Origin: Planctomycetota bacterium
Lineage (GTDB): Bacteria > Planctomycetota > B15-G4 > SIAN01
Length of the DNA: 64,000 bases
NCBI GenBank assembly: GCA_016795285.1
Contig: JAEUIC010000030.1
Span: 47,112 to 111,111 of the forward strand
Reading direction: 5' to 3'
Below are positions 22,907 through 33,392 of the stretch, one piece after another. The stretch's first letter is position 1. Each line of letters starts with the position of its first letter. The notes under the pieces were generated by a model. It worked only from the letters and a program-made list of their open reading frames with translations. It did no database searches and had not been told where the DNA came from. The translations under genes were made by a program, and so were the position numbers.

Positions 22907-25604
22907 CCTCGATCACCACCCGCTCGCCCTCGACGGCGAGGAAGCGGACCGGCCCGCCGTGGTGGCGCGGCGAGAGCAGCTCGACGGTGTAGGCGCCCGG
23001 CGCGACGTCGAGCGCCTGCTGCTCGCCAGCGCACATGCTCCATTGCTCCGGCCGCGCGCCGTCGATCACGAGGTCGCCGTCGGCGTTGCGCACGCGCATC
23101 AGGTAGAGCGGGAGGACGCCCTTCGGGAAGCGGACGTCGAGCGTCACGTGCACCGGCGCCTGCAGCACGACGCGCACGTCGTCCTCTCCGGTTCGCGCGC
23201 GCACCACCGCGGGCGCGGGCCGGCGCCCTTCGAGGCGCGCCGGCGGCTGCACGCCGACGAGGTAGTCGCCGCTCGGCACGTTCCGGAAGGCGAACGCACC
23301 CGCCGCATTGGTGGTGACGCGGTAGTCGGGATGGGGGAGCGCCACCGTGCCGTCGCGCTGCAGCAAATCGACGAAGACGCCCGCCTGCGGCGTCCCATCC
23401 TCGGCGACCACGCTGCCGGAGAGCGCGGCGTCGCCGATGGCGAGCGCGATCACCTGCGGCAGCGGCGGCGGCTCGAGCGGCGCCGTCAGCAACGCGATGC
23501 GCGGCGCGAAGCCGTCCGCGCGCACGACCACTTCGTAGAGCCCCGGCGTGAGCCCTTCGAGCGTGACGCGCCCGTCGGCCGCCTCGACCGTGCGCCGCTG
23601 CGACGGCTCGCGCGACTCCATCGCCTCGTGGAAGGTGCGCGCGACCTGCAGCGCGTAGGCGGCGACCGGCGCTCCGCTCGCTCCGTCGACCACCTCGAGC
23701 GCGAGGCGCGTCGTGCGCGGCGGCTCCGGCAGGTCCGACAGGTCGACGACGAGGTCGGGGTTCGGCTGCGCTTCCGTCACTGCCGCCCTGCCGAGGAGCT
23801 TCCGCTCGCACCAGAGGGAGACCCAGCGCGCGTGCTCCCAGGTGAACGACCAGCGATCGTTCGCGAGGTCGAGCTCGCCGCCGCCGAGCATCTTCGGGTC
23901 GCCCGCCTGCTCGGTCGGCTCGAGGTTCGAAGCGCAGAAGTGGAACGTGCGCGCGAGGGTGCGCAGCTTCGCCGGCGACCCGTCCGCCAGCACGATCGCC
24001 CCTTCGTGGCGCACCGCGCGCTCGAGCGTGAAGTCCTCGCGATGGTCGCGCTCGTCGGCGTGCACGACGAGCAGCGCGCGCTCTTGCGCCGCGTAGCCGT
24101 CGGCGAAGCAGGTCATGCCGAGGTCGCGCCACGGCCACGGCAGCGTCCGGTAGCGCCCGTTCGCGTCGCTGGTCGCGGAGCCGATCGAGAAGCCGCTGCG
24201 CTTCTCCCCTTCGCCCTGCCAGACCATCGGCCGGAGGATCGCGCCCGCGATCGGCTGCCCGTCGCGATCGCGCACCTCGCCGTGCAGCACGAGGCCGCCC
24301 GGCAGCACCAGCTCGTGCGGCGGTGGCGGCGTGGCGGGGTTGACGACCAGTCCCACTGCGACGGCGATCCCTTCGCGCTCGTGCAGCGCGACCAAGTGGG
24401 TGGCAGCGCTCTTCTCGACGCCCTCGAAGGCGAAGCGGCCGGCGGCGTCGCTCTGCGCGTGGCGCAGCGGTGCGGCCTTGGCGGGCGGCGCAACGCCCGC
24501 GGGATCACGCGCCTCCGCCAGCAGTTCCTCCGCGCGATCGCACACCGCGATCAGCGAACCGCAGCGTGCGCTCCCCGTGTCGGCACGCTCGAGCAGCACG
24601 AAGGCGCCCTCGACCGGTCGTCCGCCCGCGTCGACGACCCGCCCCTCGAAGGTGCAACGGAGCGGAGCGACGTCTGCGGCGCCACCCGCGGCTTCGCCCG
24701 CGCCCCGCCCGCTCGTCTCGAGCGCGACCCGTTCCGCCTCCGCCGCTGCGGCGAGCGGCGCCACGCTCTCCGCCGGTGCCGCGAGCGCTTCGGGTTCGCG
24801 CGCGGCGGCCGCTGCTCGATCGGGAGCCGGCAGCGTCGGCGCCTCGAGCAGCTTCGCCACTGCGAACGAGCCGCCCACCAAGAGCACCGTCGCCACCGCG
24901 AGCTTCAGCTTGGTCGACACGAAGAGTGCTCCCGAAAGGGCGAGCGCTGCTGCGCCCGCCGCCGCGGCACTGCCACTGGCACCACCCGCTGCGCTGCCAC
25001 CGGCACCGCTCGCGACGCGCGCCACCTCGCGCCGCACCACCCGCCGCAACCCGCCGTCGAGCAGCCCGAGCAGCGCCGGTGCCCAGGTCCGCGGCGGCGC
25101 GCCGCGCGTGGCGGTGAGCCGCTCGCGCAGCAGCTCGAGTCCGCGCTTCGTCCGCGTGCGCACCGTCTCGACCGGCACGCCGGTGCGCGCCGCGATGGTG
25201 CGCGGCGGCAGGGCGTCGACGAAGCGCAGCAGCAGCGTCGTGCGGTAGGGCTCGGCCAGCGCGAGGAGCGCGGCGGAGACGGCGTGCTGCAGCTCGGCGC
25301 GCGCCACCACCTCGTCGGCGGCCGGTTGCGCCTCGCGCGCGGCGGCCTGCTGCTCGCGCTGGGTCCGGCTCGCGCCGGCGAGGCCGAGGCGGCGCGCCAC
25401 GCTGCGCGCCACCGTCGCGAGCCACGCCCGCGGATGGCGCGTGTCGCGCGGCGGCTGCTCGAGCGCGATGCGCAGCGTCTCCTGCGCGACGTCGTCGGCC
25501 GCCGCCGCGTCGACCACCAGCGTCGCCGCGAGACGACGCAGCCACCGCTGCTGGTCGAGCAGCGGGGCGATGCGGTCGGAGGAGTCGCGCGCGGGGCGGG
25601 CCAT
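22896..25604 (-). CDS. One-component ECF sigma factor, fused to a TM helix and extracytoplasmic carboxypeptidase-regulatory-like (Ig-like) domains
   Basis: Sigma region 2 reads 'DDVAQETLRIALEQ'. Region 4 reads 'LPPRTIAARTGVPVETVRTRTKRGLELLRERL'. The TM helix reads 'AAALALSGALFVSTKLKLAVATVLLVGG'. Repeated units such as 'GRVVDAGGRPVEGAFV', 'GEVRDRDGQPIAGAIL' and 'GSVVAEDGTPQAGVFV' are CarboxypepD_reg-like. Confidence 0.75.
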   Translation of the reverse strand: MARPARDSSDRIAPLLDQQRWLRRLAATLVVDAAAADDVAQETLRIALEQPPRDTRHPRAWLATVARSVARRLGLAGASRTQREQQAAAREAQPAADEVVARAELQHAVSAALLALAEPYRTTLLLRFVDALPPRTIAARTGVPVETVRTRTKRGLELLRERLTATRGAPPRTWAPALLGLLDGGLRRVVRREVARVASGAGGSAAGGASGSAAAAGAAALALSGALFVSTKLKLAVATVLLVGGSFAVAKLLEAPTLPAPDRAAAAAREPEALAAPAESVAPLAAAAEAERVALETSGRGAGEAAGGAADVAPLRCTFEGRVVDAGGRPVEGAFVLLERADTGSARCGSLIAVCDRAEELLAEARDPAGVAPPAKAAPLRHAQSDAAGRFAFEGVEKSAATHLVALHEREGIAVAVGLVVNPATPPPPHELVLPGGLVLHGEVRDRDGQPIAGAILRPMVWQGEGEKRSGFSIGSATSDANGRYRTLPWPWRDLGMTCFADGYAAQERALLVVHADERDHREDFTLERAVRHEGAIVLADGSPAKLRTLARTFHFCASNLEPTEQAGDPKMLGGGELDLANDRWSFTWEHARWVSLWCERKLLGRAAVTEAQPNPDLVVDLSDLPEPPRTTRLALEVVDGASGAPVAAYALQVARTFHEAMESREPSQRRTVEAADGRVTLEGLTPGLYEVVVRADGFAPRIALLTAPLEPPPLPQVIALAIGDAALSGSVVAEDGTPQAGVFVDLLQRDGTVALPHPDYRVTTNAAGAFAFRNVPSGDYLVGVQPPARLEGRRPAPAVVRARTGEDDVRVVLQAPVHVTLDVRFPKGVLPLYLMRVRNADGDLVIDGARPEQWSMCAGEQQALDVAPGAYTVELLSPRHHGGPVRFLAVEGERVVIEVTP

Positions 25605-25646
25605 GCCGATGGAAGCATGCCGCCCCGCGAATCGGTTCAGGCGTCG

Positions 25647-27638
25647 TCAGGCGACCCGGCCGCGCCCCTTGCCCTTCGCGTCGTAGAGCGCCTCGTCGGC
25701 CAGCGCGACCAGCGCCGCGGCGTCCTTCACGTCGGGGCCGAGCGTGGCGACGCCGAGGCTCGCGCGCACCGGGAGGCGCTCGCCGCCGGCGGTGGCGATG
25801 CCCGGGTCGTCGTGGAACGCGCGCAGCACGCGGGCGGCGGCGCGCCGCGCGTCGTCGAGGTCGGTCTGCGGCATCACCACCACGAACTCGTCGCCGCCGA
25901 TGCGGCCGGCGAGGTCGGTCTCGCGCAGCGACTTGCGCAGCAGCGTCCCGAGCCGGCGCAACAGCTCGTCGCCGGTGCCGTGGCCGTGCTGGTCGTTCAC
26001 CTCCTTGAAGCGGTCGAGGTCGAGCACCGCCAGCGACAGCGGCGAGCCGTACCGCTTGGCGCGGCGGATCTCGAGGCCGAGCCGCTCGAAGAGGGCGCGG
26101 CGCGTCAGCACGTTGGTGAGCGGGTCGATGGTGGCGCGCCGCTCGAGCTCGGCGAGCGTCTGGCGCTGCTCGGTCACGTCGCGCGCGACGGCGTGGATCG
26201 CGTCGCTCGACTCGTCGGGGGCGACGCTCCACTGGAACCAGCGCCAGCGGCCGGCGCCGTTGCGCAGCCGCGCGTCGAACTGGAGCGTCCCCGCTCCCTT
26301 CTGCAGCTTGCCGATCAGCGCGAGGGTGGCAGGGCGATCCTCCGGATGGACGAGGTCGGCGAGCGAGCGGCCGACCACCTCCTCCTCGCCGCGACCGAGC
26401 AGCGTCGCCCACGCCGGGTTGCAGCGGCGCAGCACGCCATGCCGATCGGCGACCGCCAGCATCTCGGCCGAGAGGCGCCAGAACTGCCGCACCTCGTGCG
26501 AGAGGCGGCGCCGCTCGCCCGAGACGCGTGCCGCGGCGTTGGTGGCGGCCGCGGTCAGGAAGAGCCCCGACAGCAGCGCGAGCCAGCTCCAGCGCAGGCC
26601 GTCGCGATCGCGCGAGGTCGCGACCGGCACCGCGATCGCGCGCCACTGCAGCCCGCACAGCTCCCAGTCGTGGAGGTAGACCTGCGGATCGCTCTCGAGC
26701 TGCGCCAGCGTCGGCAGCGACTCGGGAGGTTCCGGCGAGGTGGTGAAGACCGGTTGCGGAGCGCGCCGAGAATCGCCGCCGGCCCAGACGAAGAGGCGGA
26801 TGCCGGTCAGGTCGTCGCTCGCCAGCGCGCGCTGCAGCATCGGCGCGATCGGCAGCACCGCGGCGGCGAATCCCTCGAGGCGCACCTCGCGCTGCGCTTC
26901 GTCGGTCGGCACGTCGTCGCCGGCATAGAGCGGCTGGAAGAGCCAGAGCGACGGTGCGCCGTCGCGCTCGGCCGGCAGCGGGCCGGCGGCGAGCAGGGTG
27001 CCGCTCCGCGCCGCGCGCTCGAGCGCCTCGCGCCGCTCGGGGAACGCCGCGTAGTCGAGGCCGAGGTCGGCGCCCTGCGCCGCGTCCCCTTCGCGCGAGA
27101 CGCAGTAGACGACCGGGTAGTGCTCCTCGCGGCGCGCCGCGGCGACCGGGCGGCCCTCTCCGTCGAGCTCATGCAGCGCGCGCGCCGCATCGCCCGGCGA
27201 GAGCGTCCCCGCCTCGAACGCCGCGCGCTCGAGCCCGCGCACGCGGCGCAGCCAGGCGATCGAACGGAAGTCGCTGACCTCGCCGAGGCCGCGCTCGACC
27301 ACCCGCTCGAAGAGCGGCGCGCTGGCCGCCTCGCTGGCGTCGAGCACCGCCGCGACCGCGCGCAGCAGCTCGACCTCGTGCTCGAGCGAGCGGCGCAGGT
27401 CGCCGACCCGTTCGCTCGCGCGGCGATGGAAGCGGTGGGTGAAGCGATCGGCCTCCGCCTGGCGCAGCAGCAGGAAGAGGAGCGCGGTGAGGCCGAGGCC
27501 GCAGACGGCGATGGCGACCGCCAGCGAGAGATTGCGGGTGAGACCGTTCGAGAGGAGCACGAACCAGCGCGGCGCGCGACCGGGCGCGCCGCCGGGCGGC
27601 AGAGGCGTGAGGGGCTTCTGGAGTGGGGGGCGAGCCAT
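25647..27638 (-). CDS. CHASE-type sensor / PAS / GGDEF diguanylate cyclase
   Basis: A TM segment is followed by a periplasmic sensor domain. The PAS region reads 'RQFWRLSAEMLAVADRHGVLRRCNPAW'. The GGDEF motif is 'GRIGGDEF', with the 'RFKEVND' region upstream. Confidence 0.85.
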   Translation of the reverse strand: MARPPLQKPLTPLPPGGAPGRAPRWFVLLSNGLTRNLSLAVAIAVCGLGLTALLFLLLRQAEADRFTHRFHRRASERVGDLRRSLEHEVELLRAVAAVLDASEAASAPLFERVVERGLGEVSDFRSIAWLRRVRGLERAAFEAGTLSPGDAARALHELDGEGRPVAAARREEHYPVVYCVSREGDAAQGADLGLDYAAFPERREALERAARSGTLLAAGPLPAERDGAPSLWLFQPLYAGDDVPTDEAQREVRLEGFAAAVLPIAPMLQRALASDDLTGIRLFVWAGGDSRRAPQPVFTTSPEPPESLPTLAQLESDPQVYLHDWELCGLQWRAIAVPVATSRDRDGLRWSWLALLSGLFLTAAATNAAARVSGERRRLSHEVRQFWRLSAEMLAVADRHGVLRRCNPAWATLLGRGEEEVVGRSLADLVHPEDRPATLALIGKLQKGAGTLQFDARLRNGAGRWRWFQWSVAPDESSDAIHAVARDVTEQRQTLAELERRATIDPLTNVLTRRALFERLGLEIRRAKRYGSPLSLAVLDLDRFKEVNDQHGHGTGDELLRRLGTLLRKSLRETDLAGRIGGDEFVVVMPQTDLDDARRAAARVLRAFHDDPGIATAGGERLPVRASLGVATLGPDVKDAAALVALADEALYDAKGKGRGRVA

Positions 27639-27770
27639 TCGTGTCACCGCTCGGGACGGCGCGTCTGGCGCGTGCCAGACCGTACTCCTGCGACCGTCGC
27701 CATGGGGGGATGGATTCGATCCGCACTGCAAGCGCCATGCGGAACGCGCCGTCACCGAGCGGTGGAGAGA

Positions 27771-28357
27771 CTACTTGCGGCGGGCGTAGCGGATGGTGAG
27801 CGCTGCGAATTCCTTTCCGTCCGGCCCCTTCATCCACATCGTCCAGGTGCGATGGTCGTCATCGCTCCAGACGTCCGTGCCGTGGAACTCGCTCGGCGCC
27901 CCCATCGCGTCCTTGCCACTCACCCAGCTGTGCATCGTCTTGGTCGCGGCGTCGTACTCGGCGGTGCCGGTCGACGCGGTCGGCGTCATCGAGTCGAACC
28001 AGCTCAACACGTACTTCTTGGTGAGCGGGTCGTAACCAGTCACCTCGTGGCCGAGGAACGGCGCGCCCATGAGCGCCCCTTCGAAGTCGGTGATGAGCCA
28101 GAGGCCGCCGAGCCCGAGCTTGCAGGTCGCCTTCGCCTTGCTCTTCTCCGCCGGCATCCCTTCGCCGGCCGGCGCCATCTCCATCTCGGCATCCCAGTTC
28201 CCGACGTAGCGCGCGAGCGCCTTGTGCTGGTCGCTCGGGCCGGGCGGCGCGCCGCCCTCTTGCGGGGCGACGGGCGTGGCGGGAGCGGGGCGCGCGATCC
28301 AGCCGAACGAGCCGGCGGCGAGCGCGAGAAGCAGGGCAGCAGACTTCCAGGTGGCCA
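27771..28357 (-). CDS. DUF1579-family secreted protein
   Basis: The signal is 'MATWKSAALLLALAAGSFG'. The core 'ARYVGNWDAEMEM...KYVLSWFDS' is DUF1579-like. Confidence 0.65.
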
Positions 28358-28500
28358 TGTCGGTCCTTGTTGCGTAAGGGAGGCGCCGTTCGCGCGGACG
28401 CAGGTCCGCACGGCGAGCGACGCGAATGCAGGCGCTATTACGCCTCGCCGTGCGGTCCGTTGCGAGTTCCTGCTGGAGTGGCCGCGGATCATGGAGCGGG

Positions 28501-30380
28501 CGACGAACTTCCTGGCGGGACTTGCGCTGCTCGGCGCCGACGAGGCGCCCTTCGATCGGCTCGCGCCGCTGGTCGAGCAGCACTGCGTCGCCTGCCATCG
28601 CGGCGCCGGCGCGAAGGGGGGGCTCGACCTCGCGGCGGCGTGGGACGGCCGGTCGCTCCGCGCGGCGGGGCGCGGCTGGAGCAAGGCGCTCGCGCGCGTC
28701 GCGGCGGGCACGATGCCGCCGACGAGCGAGACGCCGCTCGCGCCCGAGTCGCGCGCCGAGTTCACCGCAGCACTGCGCGCCGTGCTGGCGCAACGCGAGC
28801 CGGGCGAGGTCGACGATCCGGGCCGCGTCACGCTGCGCCGCCTGAGCCGCGTCGAGTACGACCGCAGCGTCCACGACCTGCTCGGCGTCGCGTGGGATTC
28901 GAGCGCGCTCTTCCCGGCCGACCTGATCGCGCACGGCGTCGACAACCTGGGCGACGTGATGGCGCTGCCGCCGATGCTCTTCGAGAAGTACGTCGAGGCG
29001 AGCCGCGTCGTGGTGGAACGCCTCTTCGCCGACGACGCGCTGCGCGAGCGGCTCCTGGCGCCGGCGCTCGCGCGCGGCGGCGTGGTCGACGACGCGGCGG
29101 TGCGCGCCATCGTCGCGCCGCTGCAGGAGCGCGCGTTCCGGCGGCCGATCGGCGCGGAGGAACTCGAGTCGCGCGTGGCGCTCTTCCGCGCGCAGCTCGC
29201 GGCGGGGAGTCCCGCGGTCGAGGCGTTGCGCGCGGTGGTCCGCTCGCTGCTGCTGGCGCCCGACTTCCTCTTCCGGCCCGAGACGGGCGATCCGGCGCGC
29301 GAGGTCGACGGCGTGCGCCCGCTCACCGACTTCGAGCTCGCCACGCGCCTCGCCTACTTCCTCACCGCGACGCTGCCCGACGAGCCGCTGCTCGAGGCGG
29401 CGCGCGCCGGCCAGCTCGCCGATCCGGAGCAGCTCGTCGCGCACGCTCGCCGCCTGCTGGCGACGCCGGGCGCGCGCACGCTCGCCGACCACTTCGCGAC
29501 CGGGTGGCTCGGCTTCGCGGCGATCCGCGACGTGGCGGTCGACATCCGCCGCTTCGGCCGCTTCTTCGCCGGTGGACTGCGCGAGTCGCTCTACGAGCAG
29601 GTGGCCGGCTTCTTCGCGGCGATCGTCGCCGAGGATCGCAGCGTCACCGAGCTGCTCGACAGCGACTGGACGTTGCTCGACGCGCGCCTCGCCGAGCTCT
29701 ACGGCCTGCCCGCGCCGAGCGGCCCCGGCCTGCAGCGCGTCGCGCTCCCCGATCGGCGGCGCGGCGGGCTGCTCGGCATGGGGGCGGTGCTGACGGTCAC
29801 CTCGTTCCCGCTGCGCACCAGCCCGGTGCTGCGCGGCAAGTGGATCCTCGAGACGCTGCTCGACGAGCCGCCGCCGCCGCCGCCCGCCAACGTGCCGCAG
29901 CTGCCGAAGGACGATCGGCAGGACGACGCGCTGACGCTGCGCCAGCGGTTGGAGCAGCACCGCGCGGCGCCCGCCTGCGCCGGCTGCCACGCGACGATGG
30001 ACCCGCTCGGCTTCGCGCTCGAGAACTTCGACGCGATCGGCGGCTGGCGCGAGCAGCACGACGCGCCGCCCGACGCGCCCGGCGCACAGCCGACGCCGCT
30101 CGATGCGCGCGCGGTGCTGCCGGACGGGACGCTGCTCGACGGGCCGGCGGGGCTGAAGGAGTGGCTCGGCGCGCGCGAACTCGACTTCCTGCGCACCTTC
30201 ACGCGGCGGCTCTTCACCTATGCGGTGGGGCGGCCGCCCGAGTTCCTCGACGACGCGACCATCGACGCCATCGCGCTGGCGGCGCAGGCCGACGGCGCCC
30301 GCTTCAGCGCGTTCGTCGAAGGGATCGTGAGGAGCCGGCCGTTCCGCTACCTTCGCGCGGCCGAAGGAGGCACGCGATGA
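28501..30380 (+). CDS. DUF1592/DUF1587/DUF1595-type protein with an N-terminal PSCyt/PSD-like CxxCH heme motif. It is the partner of the DUF1552 gene.
   Basis: The heme motif is 'HCVACHRG'. Conserved blocks include 'RRLSRVEYDRSVHDLLGV' and 'LGFALENFDAIGGWR'. The stop overlaps the next start as ATGA. Confidence 0.85.
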
Positions 30381-31789
30381 ACCTGCCGCACTCGCCCGAT
30401 CGACGCGCCGTTCGCCGCGGCCGACGCGCCTTCCTGCGCGGGGCGGGGGCGTGCGTGGCGCTGCCGTGGCTCGAGTCGTTGGCGCGGGCGGCGACGCGGT
30501 TGCAGCTGCCGGGCGCTCGCGACGAGGCGGAGCGCGCTGCGGAGGGCAGCAGCGTGCCGCCGAACCGGCTGGTCGTCCTCTACATGGCGAACGGCGCGTT
30601 GCCGGCCGCCTGGAATCCGGTCGACGAGGGGCGCGGCTACACGCTGAGCCCGACGCTCGAGCCGCTGGCGCCCGTGCGCGACGACGTGCTGGTGCTGACC
30701 GGGCTGTGGAACAAGAACAGCCTCGGCGGTGACGGCCACTACGCGAAGACGGCGCCCTTCCTCACCGGCGCGCGCATCCGTCGCACCGGCGGGCGCGACC
30801 TCTGGAACGGCATCTCGATCGACCAGCTCGCCGCCCACGCGCAGGGCGGCGCGACGCCGCTCCCCTCGCTCGAGCTCGGCTGCGAACCGGTGCGGCCCGC
30901 CGAGGACATGGGCTACACGACCGTCTACGGCGGCCACATCAGCTGGCGCGGACCGGCGACGCCGTGCACCAAGGAGATCGTGCCGCGCCACCTCTTCGAC
31001 CGCCTCTTCCGCGCCGGCGAGCTGCGCGCCTCCAGTCGCGAGAAGAGCGTGCTCGACGTGGTGCGTGCCGATGCGCGGCGGCTCGAGGCGCAGGTCGCCG
31101 CGGCCGATCGCGCCAAGCTCGGCGAGTACTTCGATGCCGTGCGCGACCTCGAGCGGCGCATCGAGCGCGTCGCCGCGGCCGAGGCGCAAGGTGGGCTCGC
31201 TGGCGGGCCGCGCTCGCCGGCCGCCTCCGCCGCAGCACTGCCGCCGCCCGAACCGGGCGTGCCGAGCGACCATCCGACCCACGTCGCGCTGATGCTCGAG
31301 CTGATGGCGCTGGCGCTGCAGCAGGACGCGACGCGCGTGATCACCTTCATGTTCGGCAACGCCGTCTCGGGCCGCGACATGAGCTTCCTGCCGGGCGTGA
31401 AGGGGGGCCACCACGAGCTCTCCCACCACGAAGGGCGCGAGGAGAAGACGGCGCAGTACCAGCGGATCAACCGCTGGCACGTCGAGCAGTTCGTCGCCTT
31501 CGTGCGGCGCCTCGCGGCGATCGACGTGGGCGGCGCGCGGCTGCTCGACCAGAGCCTCGTGCTGTTCGGCTCGGCGCTGAAGGATGGCAACAGCCACGAC
31601 CCTGCCGACCTGCCGCTGCTGCTGGCGGGGCGCGGCGCCGGCAACGGCTTCGCCCCGCTCGCGAGCGGGGCCCACGTGAAGAGCCCGGCCGGCACGCCGC
31701 TCTGCAACCTCCACCTCTCGCTGCTGCGGCGGATGGGCGTCGCCGCCGAATCGTTCGCCGACAGCAACGGCAGCCTGCTCGACGCCTGA
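30377..31789 (+). CDS. DUF1552-family protein (Tat signal)
   Basis: The Tat-like signal is 'RRAVRRGRRAFLRGAGA'. DUF1552 blocks include 'LSHHEGREEKTAQYQRINRWHVEQF'. Confidence 0.85.
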   Translation: MNLPHSPDRRAVRRGRRAFLRGAGACVALPWLESLARAATRLQLPGARDEAERAAEGSSVPPNRLVVLYMANGALPAAWNPVDEGRGYTLSPTLEPLAPVRDDVLVLTGLWNKNSLGGDGHYAKTAPFLTGARIRRTGGRDLWNGISIDQLAAHAQGGATPLPSLELGCEPVRPAEDMGYTTVYGGHISWRGPATPCTKEIVPRHLFDRLFRAGELRASSREKSVLDVVRADARRLEAQVAAADRAKLGEYFDAVRDLERRIERVAAAEAQGGLAGGPRSPAASAAALPPPEPGVPSDHPTHVALMLELMALALQQDATRVITFMFGNAVSGRDMSFLPGVKGGHHELSHHEGREEKTAQYQRINRWHVEQFVAFVRRLAAIDVGGARLLDQSLVLFGSALKDGNSHDPADLPLLLAGRGAGNGFAPLASGAHVKSPAGTPLCNLHLSLLRRMGVAAESFADSNGSLLDA

Positions 31790-31792
31790 GCG

Positions 31793-33247
31793 TCACTCGA
31801 GCGGCAGCGGTCCCGCGATGCCGCGCACCAGCAGGTCGGGGCCGCCGATCCGCAGGTCGTGCAGCACCGCCAGCGCGATGAAGCGCGCCTCGGCCGCGTA
31901 GTCGGCCGGCAGCGTGAAGGTGGCGCGCCCCGCGGCATCGAACTGCCCCTCGCACCGCTCGTCGTCGCCGCTCTTCGCGAAGAGCGCGTCGGCCGCCATC
32001 GCCAGCTCGAGCGCTCCGAACCGCTGCGCCGGCGCGTCAGCCGCCGCCAGCACCACCTTCCAGTGCGCCGCCGGCGGCCCCGTCAGCACGAACCGCGGTG
32101 CCGGGGAGTTTCCGTCCACGTGCGGTGCCGGGGAGTTTCCGTCCGGCTCCGCGCGCGTCAGCGTGACCGGATGGAGCTGCTCCGGCAGCGGCGCGACCGC
32201 GTAGCCGTTCCCCACCGCGTCGCGCAGCGCCGTCGCCAGCGGCGGCGCGGGCGTCCACGTCCCGCGTTCCGCGAGCGCCTGCGCCACGCGCACCGCCATC
32301 CGCCAGTAGCCGCGATCGGTCGGGTGGCGATCGCCCGGGATCAGCAGCTCGTCGTAGCGGTGGCGCGCGAGCTCGGCGGCGAACGCGGCGCGCAGGTCGA
32401 CGAACGGCAGGCCGCGCTCGGCGGCGACGGTCGCGGCGGCGCGCGACGGCGGCTCGTAGAGCGCCTCGGGCGAGGGGTAGGAGCAGAGCAGCGGCAGCGC
32501 CCCCGCCGCTTCGATCACCGCGACGACGGCGCGCAGCCGCTCCGCGACGGCGCTGTAGTGGGCGTCGTCGACGAGGCGGGTCGCCCCCTCCTCGATGGTG
32601 ATCGCCGCCCCGGCGTCGTCGCCCGCGAGCTCGATCCGGTCCATCGCGAAGTGGCGGAAGCGGCTGCCCCCGTCGAGCGGCTCGCCCGCGCCCTCGTCCG
32701 CCGCGCTGCGCGCCGCCGCGAGGCGCGCCAGCTTGACGATCACCCGATCGGCGAACCACGCCGCCAAGCCGCGCGCCTCGCCCGTCCGCGCGCCGTCCGG
32801 CGTCGCGAAGTTCCAGCGATCGTTGAAGCCGGCGAGGATCACCACCGCGACCGGGCGCAACCGCGCGAGCTGCTCGGGCAGCCGTGCCGCGACCTGCGCG
32901 AGGTTCTGCGCCGGGATGCCGCTGTTCTCGACGCGCCAACGCGCCCCTTCGCCGGGCGGCGCGGGATCGCCGGCGCGCAGCAGCTGCTCGAGCCGGCCGG
33001 GGTACGCCTCCTCGGCGCGGTAGTAGAGGCCGAAGGTGTAGGAGTCGCCGACGCAGAGCACGGTGCGCGCATCGGGGGCGGCGTCGCTCGCCCGCGACGC
33101 GAGCAGCTGCTCGACGAAGCGGCGCGAGGCGAGGTGCAGCACCAGCTCGAGCGCGCAGAGCGTCAGGAGCGCGCTCGCGACGGCGAGCGCGAGGCGGCGG
33201 AGGCCGCGGGCGCGGCGAGCGGGGGCGCGGGTCGGCGCGGCGGCCAT
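31793..33247 (-). CDS. SGNH/GDSL-family hydrolase (secreted or membrane-anchored)
   Basis: An N-terminal hydrophobic anchor is followed by the GDS(x) motif 'VLCVGDSYTFG' and the 'LAGFNDRW' block. A 24-nt in-frame tandem duplication is present (PDGNSPAP x2, 32098-32145). Confidence 0.7.
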   Translation of the reverse strand: MAAAPTRAPARRARGLRRLALAVASALLTLCALELVLHLASRRFVEQLLASRASDAAPDARTVLCVGDSYTFGLYYRAEEAYPGRLEQLLRAGDPAPPGEGARWRVENSGIPAQNLAQVAARLPEQLARLRPVAVVILAGFNDRWNFATPDGARTGEARGLAAWFADRVIVKLARLAAARSAADEGAGEPLDGGSRFRHFAMDRIELAGDDAGAAITIEEGATRLVDDAHYSAVAERLRAVVAVIEAAGALPLLCSYPSPEALYEPPSRAAATVAAERGLPFVDLRAAFAAELARHRYDELLIPGDRHPTDRGYWRMAVRVAQALAERGTWTPAPPLATALRDAVGNGYAVAPLPEQLHPVTLTRAEPDGNSPAPHVDGNSPAPRFVLTGPPAAHWKVVLAAADAPAQRFGALELAMAADALFAKSGDDERCEGQFDAAGRATFTLPADYAAEARFIALAVLHDLRIGGPDLLVRGIAGPLPLE

Positions 33248-33297
33248 GGCGCGGGAGGATGCCGCGCTGCGCGGCGACCCGCAAACGGCGGGGAACG

Positions 33298-33327
33298 AAA
33301 CCGGGGAGGCCGCGTGGCCTCCCCGGT
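33298..33327 (-). terminator. GC-rich hairpin CCGGGGAGGCC-GCGT-GGCCTCCCCGG downstream of the redoxin gene
   Basis: A perfect 11-bp stem lies between convergent-free genes on the minus strand. On the transcribed strand it is followed by TTTCGTT. Confidence 0.35.
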
Positions 33328-33392
33328 GCGATCGATCTCGATTCGTTGGCTCTAGAGGAGCTGCCGACCGGCAGCTCTCACATCTTGATGCC

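Noticed and set aside
22521-30380. 2619-aa ORF on the plus strand
   Set aside because: This is an artifact of the high GC content. Most of it is antisense to, or out of frame with, the well-supported minus-strand genes (the ECF fusion, GGDEF and DUF1579 genes). Only the last 1.9 kb (28501..30380) has protein-like sequence, the DUF1592 gene.
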